From Octopus sinensis (taxonomy: Eukaryota), in contig NW_021825261.1 of NCBI RefSeq assembly GCF_006345805.1, positions 1 through 16,112 on the forward strand: a stretch of DNA of 16,112 bases, written 5' to 3'. Made by a program: the position numbers and the translations under genes. The notes beneath the pieces were generated by a model. The model saw only the letters and a list, made by a program, of their open reading frames with translations, did not search any database and was not told where the DNA came from. This document shows, piece after piece, positions 1-8,522 of the stretch (positions are counted from its first letter, which is position 1; each line of letters opens with the position of its first letter).

Positions 1-218
1 GCTGGATCTCTTCCTGTCAGGTGTCCCAGATGAACCAACTTCACGGCAGGAGGGGCAGATGAGGGCAGCTGCATAGAACTCTCTCATGCACCAAATGGCA
101 GTTGCTAGAAAGCTTTCGTGAAGTGAAACCAAGTAGCAACACCAAATGGCGGTGCCCCAGCATGGCCACAGCTCATAAGCTGAAACTAGAATCAATCAAT
201 CAATCAATCAATCAATCA
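1..218 (+). mobile_element. 3' end of CR1-group LINE (LINE-A copy 1), runs off window start
   Basis: Frame from nt 2 reads LDLFLSGVPDEPTSRQEGQMRAAA*NSLMHQMAVARKLS*, matching the ORF2 C-terminus of the copies at 2748-3893 and 10407-12801. Premature TAG at 74-76 (TCG in the other copies), normal stop 119-121, short 3' UTR, then (ATCA)7 tail at 191-218. Confidence 0.93.
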
Positions 219-319
219 TATATATATATATATATGTACATATATATATATATATATGTATATATGTACATATATATATATATATATGTATATATATGTA
301 CATATATATATATATATAT
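219..319. repeat. (TA)n microsatellite with periodic TGTACA interruptions
   Basis: Directly visible; TGTACA recurs about every 30 nt. Confidence 0.97.
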
Positions 320-329
320 TTAAAAATTG

Positions 330-385
330 AGGGAGATAAATTAATATTAATTTTAATATCAATTTAAAACCAGTAGTCCAGCATT
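330..385 (+). repeat. Unclassified dispersed repeat fragment (second copy at 7478-7537)
   Basis: AGGGAGATAAATTAATATTAATTTTAATATCAATTTAAAACCAGTAGTCCAGCAT aligns with AGGGTGAAAAATTGAATATTAATTTGATTAATATGAATTGAAAACCAGTGGTGTAGCAT at 7478-7537. Confidence 0.55.
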
Positions 386-429
386 CAAAAAATCTGAGGA
401 TGCAGAGAAAATTCATATATATATGTATA

Positions 430-621
430 TTGGCAGGGCTGGCCTGCTAGGTAGCCGGCCAGAATGCTAGAAAAAGATCATCAACGATCAAACTACAAGG
501 GAAATTCTCTAGAGGAAGAATACAAGCGATTTTCTTCCTCTAGAAATTTCCCTTGTAGTTTGATCGTTGATGATCTTTTTCTAGCATTCTGGCCGGCTAC
601 CTAGCAGGCCAGCCCTGCCAA
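430..621. mobile_element. Near-perfect palindrome, MITE/foldback-like element in a TA context
   Basis: Arms 415-520 and 532-636 are reverse complements apart from a single 1-nt indel; loop is 11 nt (521-531, TACAAGCGATT). The core TTGGCAGGGC...GCCCTGCCAA is flanked by TA on both sides (428-429, 622-623), compatible with a TA target duplication. The hairpin is certain; the MITE label is inference. Confidence 0.65.
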
Positions 622-690
622 TATACATATATATATTATATATTATATATATAATATATATGTACATATATATATAATATAATATATATA

Positions 691-734
<44 letters not shown>

Positions 735-896
735 GTACATATATATATATATATTATGTACATATATATATATATATGTACATATATATATATATATATA
801 TGTACATATTATATATATATATTATATATTATATGTACATATATATATATATATATATATGTCATATATATATATATATGTACATATATATATATA
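622..896. repeat. Long interrupted (TA)n microsatellite with TGTACA/TTA interruptions
   Basis: Directly visible. Confidence 0.97.
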
Positions 897-2173
897 CTTT
901 GATACTTTGATAGTTTGATAGGTTTCGGCCATTATTGGCCCAGGCCATGTCTAACTTCATAGCACCACCTGGTGAAGTCTTTCAAGTCAGAATTTGGGCA
1001 CTATGGCCCACTCAAGTAGAGAGTTATTGTTTACAGAGACATATCCGGGTGTAGGGGGTTTATCCGGGATTTCTTGAAGGAATCTGTCCAATGACTTCTT
1101 GAACCCTATAGGGTCAGTTTCTGTTTTAATTTGTTTGGTGTAATGTTAAAGAGAGCGGGGCCAATTGAGGTGAAATAATTGTGCGTATTGTTGTTATGAG
1201 ATGAGAGTGCGATTTTTGTTTTGGGCGGATGGCATGGGGCCCAAGCCTTGGATGTACCTTAAAGGTGATGCCAACATCATTTGGGCAATGCTGATGGAAT
1301 ATTTTCCACATCATGCAGATGATGTAGCGCTCACGACGACGTTGAGAGAATAAAGTTTTAGCTTTTCTAGTCGACCCCAATAGTCGAGGCCTGTCATGCC
1401 ATCTCTTTTTTTGTGATTGCCCTTTGAGGTGCTTCAACTTTTATGATACTTTGTATTGTGTGGGGAGACCACAGTGGACAACAGTATTCAAGGTGGGGGC
1501 GGGCAAAAGTGGAGAAGAGAAGGATAATGGTGTGGATATCTCTCGACTGGAAAGTTCTGAGAATCCAGGAACACATTCTGCGGGCCATGTCAACTTTGGT
1601 GTTTATATGAGTGGCCCAGCTTATGTTGTTGTCCACAATTACTCCCAAGTCTCTGATGTTGTTGGACGCCGCGAGAGTTTCACCTGAAGGAAGGGAGTAT
1701 CGGAGTTTCAGGGCATCCTCTTTTCTAAAGTGGATTAACTCAAATTTATCCTCGTTCAGCAGCATATTGTTTTTTTCTACCCATTGGATAACAGCCAGTA
1801 GATCTGACTGAAGGCATGTCCGGTCACTCGCCTCATTTATGACCTTCTGTAGCTTGGAATCATCTGCAAAGATTTTTATGTTGCTGTGCTTGATGATGTC
1901 ATTGATGTCATTAATGTAGATGATGAAAAGAATGGGCCCAGCACAGTGCCTTGCGGAACGCCACTACTGACTTTGGCTGGGCTTGATTTTACCCCTTCAA
2001 CTACAACATGTTGTGATCTGTCTGTCAGGAAACACTTGATCCATTTCAGTAAGTTTCCAGAGAAACCAATGTTGGATAGTTTTTTCAATAGGATCTTGTG
2101 ATCGACCCTGTCGAAGGCCTTACTGAAATCAAGGTAGATGACATCAGTGTTGGAGCCCTCTCCCAAAGCTCTC
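897..2173 (-). mobile_element. 5'-truncated, frameshifted CR1-group LINE (LINE-B, distinct from LINE-A)
   Basis: Minus-strand RT motifs DVIYLDFSKAFDRVDH, GVPQGTVLGP, FADD (1859-1870), RDLGVIVD, HLEYCCPLWSP, RRRERY and the C-terminus FKKSLDRFLQEIPDKPPTPGYVSVNNNSLLEW, with stop at 987-989. Several frameshifts. 3' tail of 8-nt units (TATCAAAG/C) at 897-920. Confidence 0.93.
987..2172 (-). pseudogene. LINE-B ORF2 remnant (RT domain and C-terminus), disrupted
   Basis: ORF-track pieces 1876..2193, 1394..1765 and 1126..1437 are consecutive fragments of one RT protein in different frames. Confidence 0.9.
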
Positions 2174-2209
2174 ATATATATATATATGTACATATATATA
2201 TATATATAT
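2174..2209. repeat. (TA)n microsatellite
   Basis: Directly visible, between LINE-B and an RTE tail. Confidence 0.95.
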
Positions 2210-2452
2210 CATCATCATCATCATCATCATCGTTTAACGTCCGTTTTCCGTGCTAGCACGGGTTGGACTGTTTCGACCGGGGTCTGGGGAGCTCGGGACT
2301 GCCCCAGGCTCCAGTCTAGTCTGGCAGTGTTTCTACAGCTGGATGCCCTTCCTAACGCCAACCACTCCGCGAGTGTAGTGGGTGTTTTTTACGTGCCACC
2401 TGCACAGGTGCCAGAGGGGTCTGGCATCGGCCACGTTCAGATGGTGCTTTTT
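2210..2452 (-). mobile_element. RTE LINE 3'-end fragment (copy 1)
   Basis: (CAT)7 on plus, i.e. an (ATG)n tail on minus, followed by sequence homologous to 14322-14535 of the RTE copy that carries the RT ORF; one hairpin repeat unit, then truncated. Confidence 0.88.
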
Positions 2453-2480
2453 GTATATATATTTATATGTACATATATAT

Positions 2481-2747
2481 CGTCTGGCACCTGTGTCGGT
2501 GGCACATAAAAAACACCATCCGAGCGTGGCCGTCTGCCAGCCTCGTCTGGCACCTGTGTCGGTGGCACATAAAATCACCCACTACACTCTCGGAGTGGTT
2601 GGCGTTAGGAAGGGCATCCAGCTGTAGAAACACTGCCACATCTGACTGGCCTGGTGCAGCCTTCGGGCTTCCCAGACCCCAGTTGAACCGTCCAACCCAT
2701 GCTAGCATGGAAAGCGGACGTTAAACGATGATGATGATGATGATGAT
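2481..2747 (+). mobile_element. RTE LINE 3'-end fragment (copy 2)
   Basis: Very close reverse complement of the 9156-9420 copy; ends GAAAGCGGACGTTAAAC(GAT)7; 5' end starts inside a hairpin repeat unit. Confidence 0.9.
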
Positions 2748-3807
2748 CTGAAAGATAGAAGTCAGGTGGTAGTAGCCAATGGGGCCACTTCCATTAACAC
2801 GCAAATAGTGAGCGGGCACTGTTTTGGGACCACTACTGTTCATAATGGCCCTCTCAGACACGCCCTCAGCCATGCAGAGAGCCACGATCACAAATTATGC
2901 AGATGATACAAAAGTTTCACAGGCAATACAGAACCCTGAGGACACTAAACGCCTGCAATGTGAGCTGGACAAAATATACAAGTGGGCTGAAAAGAATAGC
3001 ATGCAGTTCAATGCTGAAAAGTTTCAAGCTTTATACTATCAGCATGCAAAACTAAATGCAATACCCAATGAATACACTGGACCCGGAGGAATTGCAATCC
3101 CAGAGGCACAATCAGTGCGTGACCTGGGTATTTACATGAGTGATGACGCAACCTTTCGTGTACATGTTGCTAAATTGGCAATGAAATGTAGACAACTGGC
3201 CGGATGGATTCTCAGAACCTTTAGAACAAGAGAACAAGAAACCATGATGGTCCTCTGGAGGACACTTGTCCTAAGCCACTTTGACTATTGCTCTCAGCTA
3301 TGGTCACCATCTAGTGTCAAGTTGATCACAGAACTTGAGGCGATCCAACGTAGCTACACGAAGAAGATAGCCTCTATGCAGAATATAAGCTACTGGGAAA
3401 GATTCAAGAGATTAAAACTCTATTCCTTGGAGCGTAGGCAAGAAAGATATGCCATAATATACATCTGGAATATCCTGGAGGGACTTGTCCCAAACTTTGG
3501 CATCAAGAGTCACACAAATGCCAGAACTGGGCGCCACTGCGTGGTTCCTAGGACTCCAAATTTGCCATCAAGATGTAGGACAAGATACTGTGATAGCCTG
3601 GGCTTCCGAGGCATACACCTCTTCAATATCCTCCCGAAGAACCTAAGAGACCTGCATGGGATGGATGCAGATGTCTTTAAAATGAAACTGGATCTCTTCC
3701 TGTCAGGTATCCCAGATGAACCAACTTCACGGCAGGAGGTGCAGATGAGGGCAGCTGCATCGAACTCTCTCATGCACCAAATGGCAGTTGCTAAAAAGCA
3801 TTCGTGA
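2748..3807 (+). pseudogene. LINE-A ORF2 remnant (second half of RT and C-terminus)
   Basis: Open from 2824 to 3807, but an 11-bp deletion relative to copy 3 (near 2811) removes the GVPQ motif and shifts the frame; no N-terminal half. Confidence 0.92.
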
Positions 3808-3893
3808 GGTAAAATCATGTAGCAAACCAAATGGCTGTGCCCCAGCATGGCCACAGCTCATGAGCTGAAACTGGAAAAATCAAAATCAAAATC
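2748..3893 (+). mobile_element. 5'-truncated CR1-group LINE (LINE-A copy 2)
   Basis: Begins at LKDRSQVVVANG. YADD at 2896-2907, RDLG, SHFDYCSQLWSP, LYSLERRQERY, stop 3805-3807, 3' UTR, (AAAATC)3 tail to 3893. About 93% amino-acid identity to copy 3 by manual count (23 differences in ~320 aa). Confidence 0.95.
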
Positions 3894-3920
3894 ATATACA
3901 TATATATATACATCTGTATG

Positions 3921-3952
<32 letters not shown>

Positions 3953-4099
3953 CATATATATATGTATGTATATATACACACACACACATACATACACACA
4001 CACAGACACATACATAGATAGATACATACATATAATACATGAATATGTCATACATACATACATACATACATACATACAAACAAACAAACAAACAAACAA
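3894..4099. repeat. Compound microsatellite (TA)n/(CA)n/(TACA)n/(CAAA)n
   Basis: Directly visible. Confidence 0.96.
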
Positions 4100-4495
4100 T
4101 GGAAATTGAAGTTTTGTAGGTATATGTAATGTGTGTCATTATGTATGTCTGCAAAGCCATCGATATTTTTCTTCATCAAGCGAATGTACAGCATCTCAAA
4201 GTTATGAAGAAACAAAACCGATGAAGGGGCACTTGTGTATGTATGCCATGTTTTTCTGGTCATAAAATGGTGACCGGTAATAAAGTTACAAATAATTTAT
4301 GTTCCCTCCCACTAGGACAATCCCCCCAACGGACAAAACCCCCACAGTATTCCTGTGACTTTTTTTTTCATGTGGATTCCATAAAATTATGTTGAAAGTT
4401 TTGATGTATGTCAAGCTAGAAATGGCAGCCAAATCTCCTCATATAGGCCACGCCCTAGAAGGACAATTGTTTCATTATCAGGGATACTAACACAT

Positions 4496-4698
4496 CAGAA
4501 ATGTTAGCACGCCAAGCGAAATACTTTGTGGTATTTCATCTGTCTTAACTTTCTGAGTTCAAATTCCACCAAAGTCTTTGCCTTTCATCCTTTTGGGGTC
4601 GATAAATTAAGTACCAGTTGCATCCTTGGATTGATGTAATAGACTGGCCTCCCCATAAAAAATTCCGGGCCTTGTGCCTACAGTGGAAATGAATATTT
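4496..4698 (+). mobile_element. tRNA-derived SINE, degenerate (second copy at 10082-10214)
   Basis: B-box-like GAGTTCAAATTCC at 4555-4567, central TTTGCCTTTCATCCTTTTGGGGTCGATAAATTAAGTACC, 3' GGCCTTGTGCCTACAGTGGAAA; the central and 3' blocks recur at 10082-10214. Family name not assigned. Confidence 0.75.
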
Positions 4699-5072
4699 AA
4701 GACGATGGAGTTTTGTGGCAAATGACTGCCCCAGTAGAATGAAAATATAGCAAATGCGGGCTAGGATTGAAACAGGAGTTGTAGTGAGAAGCAACCGAAG
4801 AGGTATGCGGAAACTTGTTTGGATTTGGTTTGAGAGAATCTCTGAATAAACAGATTTTCTTTTTTTTTCGGTTCTTTATTAATTGATATAATACACCATA
4901 CATACATACAGATATAGTATACATTTCATACATATACACACACATATACAATACCTGTATACATTGATAAATGCAGGGTGGGAGGGACAGATTCAGAGTT
5001 TGAAATGCCATGTGGTTTTTAGCGAAATCAGAATAATTTCTTATCATCGAAAACATGGGAATTATTTATCCA

Positions 5073-5338
5073 AGATTTCCCAACAGGTTTCCTATTAAAT
5101 GAAGCCGCTTTAGTAAAAGGTTACTCTGTAATGTTTGTTGATCACGGAAATATATTTACACGTTACTTCACCTTTTTTACTGCGATTCATTTTCAGTCTT
5201 AATTTTATTGCTTTTATTTTGATTTTTTGGGTGTGGCGTTAAAAGGCCGTAACATGACACATGGGTTTTTGTTTAGATGTTTTCTTTCTCACTTTCCCTT
5301 CTTTCTTTCTCTCTCTCTCTCTCCCCTCTCCCCCGACT

Positions 5339-5397
<59 letters not shown>

Positions 5398-5649
5398 GGC
5401 TTATCCTTTTTATTGGTCTACAAAAGTGTGCCCTCTTCCACCAACTATCTACTTCACATCCTCATAGGAAAGGAATCTGAAAACAAAAATGCATGGAAAG
5501 CAATGGGTAGTAGGGACTTCGGAAAATTCACAAGGTCCCAGTTCTTCCCTTGTAACTTTGAGGAAAATATAATACTTTTGAAATCACAAATTAGACTTTT
5601 CCTCAAGAACTTGGTTGCTGAACATCCCTTTGAAGGGTTTGGGTCCTCC

Positions 5650-5655
<6 letters not shown>
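5073..5655 (+). repeat. Left arm of a long inverted repeat, with internal (CT)n; unclassified
   Basis: Reverse complement of 7898-8455; 13 differences outside the (CT)n tract by manual alignment. Confidence 0.95.

Positions 5656-5700
<45 letters not shown>
5656..5700. repeat. (TA)n microsatellite
   Basis: Pure alternating TA between the left arm and the Helitron 3' end. Confidence 0.97.
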
Positions 5701-5701
<1 letters not shown>

Positions 5702-5758
5702 TAGCAGAGATACCCGGCATTGCCCGGTTACATTCAATAGAAGAATTAGACTTTTCTG

Positions 5759-5792
<34 letters not shown>

Positions 5793-5894
5793 ATACACAC
5801 ACACAAATATATGTATATTAATATAACTACATGAAAGTACATGAAGTTTGTTAAAAAAAAAGGGAATCATGTATATACCTCCTAACTGTTGAGA

Positions 5895-6715
5895 TTATAA
5901 CACCTCGTTGTAAACAATGTTCCTTGTTTTTCCTTGTGGAGCATATACAAAAAGGTTTCTTTTGGTTCCTACTCTTGAGCAGCCAACATACAGTTGCCTA
6001 TGCGAGAAGCAGGACTCTTCCAAGAGAAAACCAGCTACAGAGAGGGTTTGACCCTGAGATTTGTTAATGGACATGGCAAAGCTGAATCGAAGGGGGAATT
6101 GCAGTCTTCTGAATGTAAATGGAATTTCTGCTCCTGATGGAGTAAGAGGAAATCTTGGAATAAAGACGTCATCACTTTTTCCACCTCCAGAAAGAATGAA
6201 TGCCTCGATAACGTGTGATATCATTTTCTTTATCACCAGTCGTGTTCCATTGCAAAGTCTTGGTGGTTCCAGATTGCAGAGTAGCATTACAGGAGTTCCA
6301 ACTTTAAGTCGTAATATGTGCGGAGGTAGTCGAGGAGGCTCCAGTGAATTGAGAAATTCAGGAGGATAGTTCACAACTATCTGGAATTGTATCAACAGAC
6401 TTGTAAGTCTGTATAGTGCCAGGAAGAGAATACATTAGCTGTTGATTAATTTTGTTAACAGCGACGTTTTTTGGAGCTAATATTGCTCTTTCACACAGCC
6501 AATTTTGATTTTGGTAGTTTTGTGTGAAGTTGGGAAAGACTTTGTTTTTGAGGTCATCTACAGAATTAACAACATTGCTGATATTCTCCATGTGAGGATA
6601 GAGCAGTTGAGCTTGGCGCTGAAGGGGACAATGTTTTTGAGATTCCGGTTCGAATATAAGGCAGGTTTGAAAGTGTTCCCAACAGTTATTAGTTGTAGTG
6701 GTAGAGTGTTTATGC
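5895..6715 (-). pseudogene. Helitron RepHel C-terminal PIF1-family helicase fragment
   Basis: WLCERAILAPKNVAVNKIN, then after a frameshift near 6390 [33 protein letters not shown]...LCNGTRL...[21 protein letters not shown]...[13 protein letters not shown]...[10 protein letters not shown], the characteristic Helitron helicase C-terminus; stop 5895-5897. Confidence 0.93.
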
Positions 6716-6774
6716 CGAATATGTACGTATGCATGTATATATATGTATGTATGCCTGTATATATGTACAAAATC

Positions 6775-6886
6775 CACTGGTCTGAAGCTAGAGCAGAAGA
6801 CACATGCCAAGTCACCACACAGTGGGACTGAACCCAAGACCATGTGTTTGGAACGTAGTTTGTTACCACACAGCCACACCTGCCCC
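6775..6886 (-). mobile_element. tRNA-related SINE head (same family as 8523-8895), nested in the Helitron interval
   Basis: Minus strand: A-box-like TGGCTGTGTGG (6866-6876), B-box GGTTCAGTCCC (6824-6834), followed by ACTGTGTGG as in the 8523 copy. Confidence 0.8.
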
Positions 6887-7000
6887 TATGTATGTGTGTG
6901 TGTGTGTGTAGATATATTATGCATGTATATATGTGTATATATATGTGTACATATTACATGTACATCTATATATATACATCTACACATAAAATACAAAATA
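6887..7000. repeat. Mixed (TG)n/(TA)n/(TACA)n microsatellite
   Basis: Directly visible. Confidence 0.9.
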
Positions 7001-7477
7001 CAAAGTTATATCTTGATATCGCTAGTGATAACAATACTCAAAATATATAACAGACTGGCATTGTAGGCCCGTCTCTTGCAATTTCGATCAATTGGATCTT
7101 GTCCTCCCTCTTGTATAGAAGTGTACGGCTGCAGCGAAATTCATTTTTGGACTTTCTTCTATCGAAGGCATTTTAACAAAAATGCTTCCGTAAAGACTGA
7201 AAATATTGCCAATTTCCCCAAACAGGGACACAATTCAATTTTCAAACAATAACCTCCGAAAGGGGGAGGATTATGGTTTACAATTATTTAACAAATGCAA
7301 CACAACAACGTTTCCCTGACGAGGAACCAACAAACGTGATTACAATAGTCAAACAGTAATAATAATAACAACAATCCTTTTTAATTTATCCCCATTTATG
7401 TGAAACCACTTATTCAAGTTCAAGTCATTGATGCAATTTTATACGAATTGTTAATACACACACACACACACATAATA

Positions 7478-7537
7478 AGGGTGAAAAATTGAATATTAAT
7501 TTGATTAATATGAATTGAAAACCAGTGGTGTAGCATA
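7478..7537 (+). repeat. Unclassified dispersed repeat fragment (homologous to 330-385)
   Basis: See alignment under 330-385. Confidence 0.55.
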
Positions 7538-7897
7538 TAAGACCATAGCGGATCTTCCTCTAGCAAAAAGGATGACCAGTATTAATGGCTCATCCCTGTT
7601 ATATAAATACATTCACTTTAATTGTTGCACACTTGCAAAGAGAAAGTAGGAGAAAGTGTGGTGGTAATGGAAGGAGTGAAGCACTTGAAATGAGAGAGGC
7701 AAATCGTAAAATATTGAGTTTTTTCGAATTTTTGCTTAATTGGGGGTCAAGTTGAAAAACCTTTATATGCCATGACCCAATCGAATCTACTTGGAAAAAT
7801 CATAGGTAAATTCCAATTGAAGAAATTCTATATTGTAGAATTGTATTAAAAAGGAACATGGGAACAGGCAGAGAAAATCTGCCTTTTATCATAAGAG

Positions 7898-8153
7898 ATA
7901 GTAGAAGGACCCAAACCCTTCAAAAGGATGTTCAGCAACCAAGTTCTTGAGGAAAAGTCTAATTTGTGATTTCAAAAGTATTATATTTTCCTCAAAGTTA
8001 CAAGGGAAGAACTGGGACCTTGTGAATTTTCCGAAGTCCCTACTACCCATTGCTTTCCATGCATTTTTGTTTTCAGATTCCTTTCCTATGAGGATGTGAA
8101 GTAGATAGTTGGTGGAAGAGGGCACACTTTTGTAGACCAATAAAAAGGATAAG

Positions 8154-8189
<36 letters not shown>

Positions 8190-8455
8190 GAGTCGGGGGA
8201 GAGGGGAGAGAGAGAGAGAAAGAAAGAAGGGAAAGTGAGAAAGAAAACATCTAAACAAAAACCCATGTGTCATGTTATGGCCTTTTAACGCCACACCCAA
8301 GAAATCAAAATGAAAGCAATAAAATTAAGACTGAAAATGAATCAGAGTAAAAAAATATGACGTAACGTGTAAATATATTTCCGTAATCAACAAACATTAC
8401 AGAGTAACCTTTTACTAAAGCGGCTTCAATTAATAGGAAACCTGTTGGGAAATCT
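7898..8455 (-). repeat. Right arm of the long inverted repeat, with internal (GA)n
   Basis: Reverse complement of 5073-5655. Confidence 0.95.
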
Positions 8456-8483
8456 CTATATATATATACACACACACACACAC

Positions 8484-8516
<33 letters not shown>

Positions 8517-8522
8517 CATATA

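Larger units (their letters stand above)
5701..7898 (-). mobile_element. Helitron, internally deleted and non-autonomous, with nested insertions
   Basis: 3' end on minus reads ACCGGGCAATGCCGGGTATCTCTGCTAG then T: subterminal CCGG/CCGG hairpin, CTAG terminus at 5701, T flank. PIF1-type helicase remnant at 5895-6715. Candidate 5' end A|TCTCTTATGATAAAAGGCAG at 7898 fits the A|TC rule. The 3' end is strong; the 5' end is moderate confidence. Confidence 0.75.

Noticed and set aside
102-918. ORFs rich in YIYI/ICTY repeats (also 3815-4160, 8708-9290, 9783-9992)
   Set aside because: Translations of (TA)n/(CA)n microsatellites, which lack stops in some frames; no coding signal.
3510-3854. Antisense ORFs over LINEs (also 1424-1811, 6061-6369, 10417-10788, 12145-12842, 15552-15755)
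   Set aside because: Shadow frames of the transposon coding strand; no independent motifs.
4315-4343. GGACAATCCCCCC / GGACAAAACCCCC pair resembling subterminal repeats of a DNA element
   Set aside because: Only two short units, with no partner terminus or TSD in the window.
4048-5056. Possible host exons (ORFs 4048-4263 and 4697-5056; weak acceptor-like TTATTCAG on minus near 4845)
   Set aside because: No recognisable protein motif, partly microsatellite-derived, no convincing donor/acceptor pair; cannot be excluded without RNA-seq.
5227-5826. 199-aa ORF with a near-identical twin at 7889-8266
   Set aside because: Starts at GTG, reads through (CT)n and (TA)n tracts, has no recognisable domain; similarity to the twin simply reflects the DNA duplication.
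7311-7340. Hammerhead-like core CTGACGA followed by GG-AA-CC
   Set aside because: The required GAAA after stem II is absent (AACAAAC) and no stems I/III are evident.
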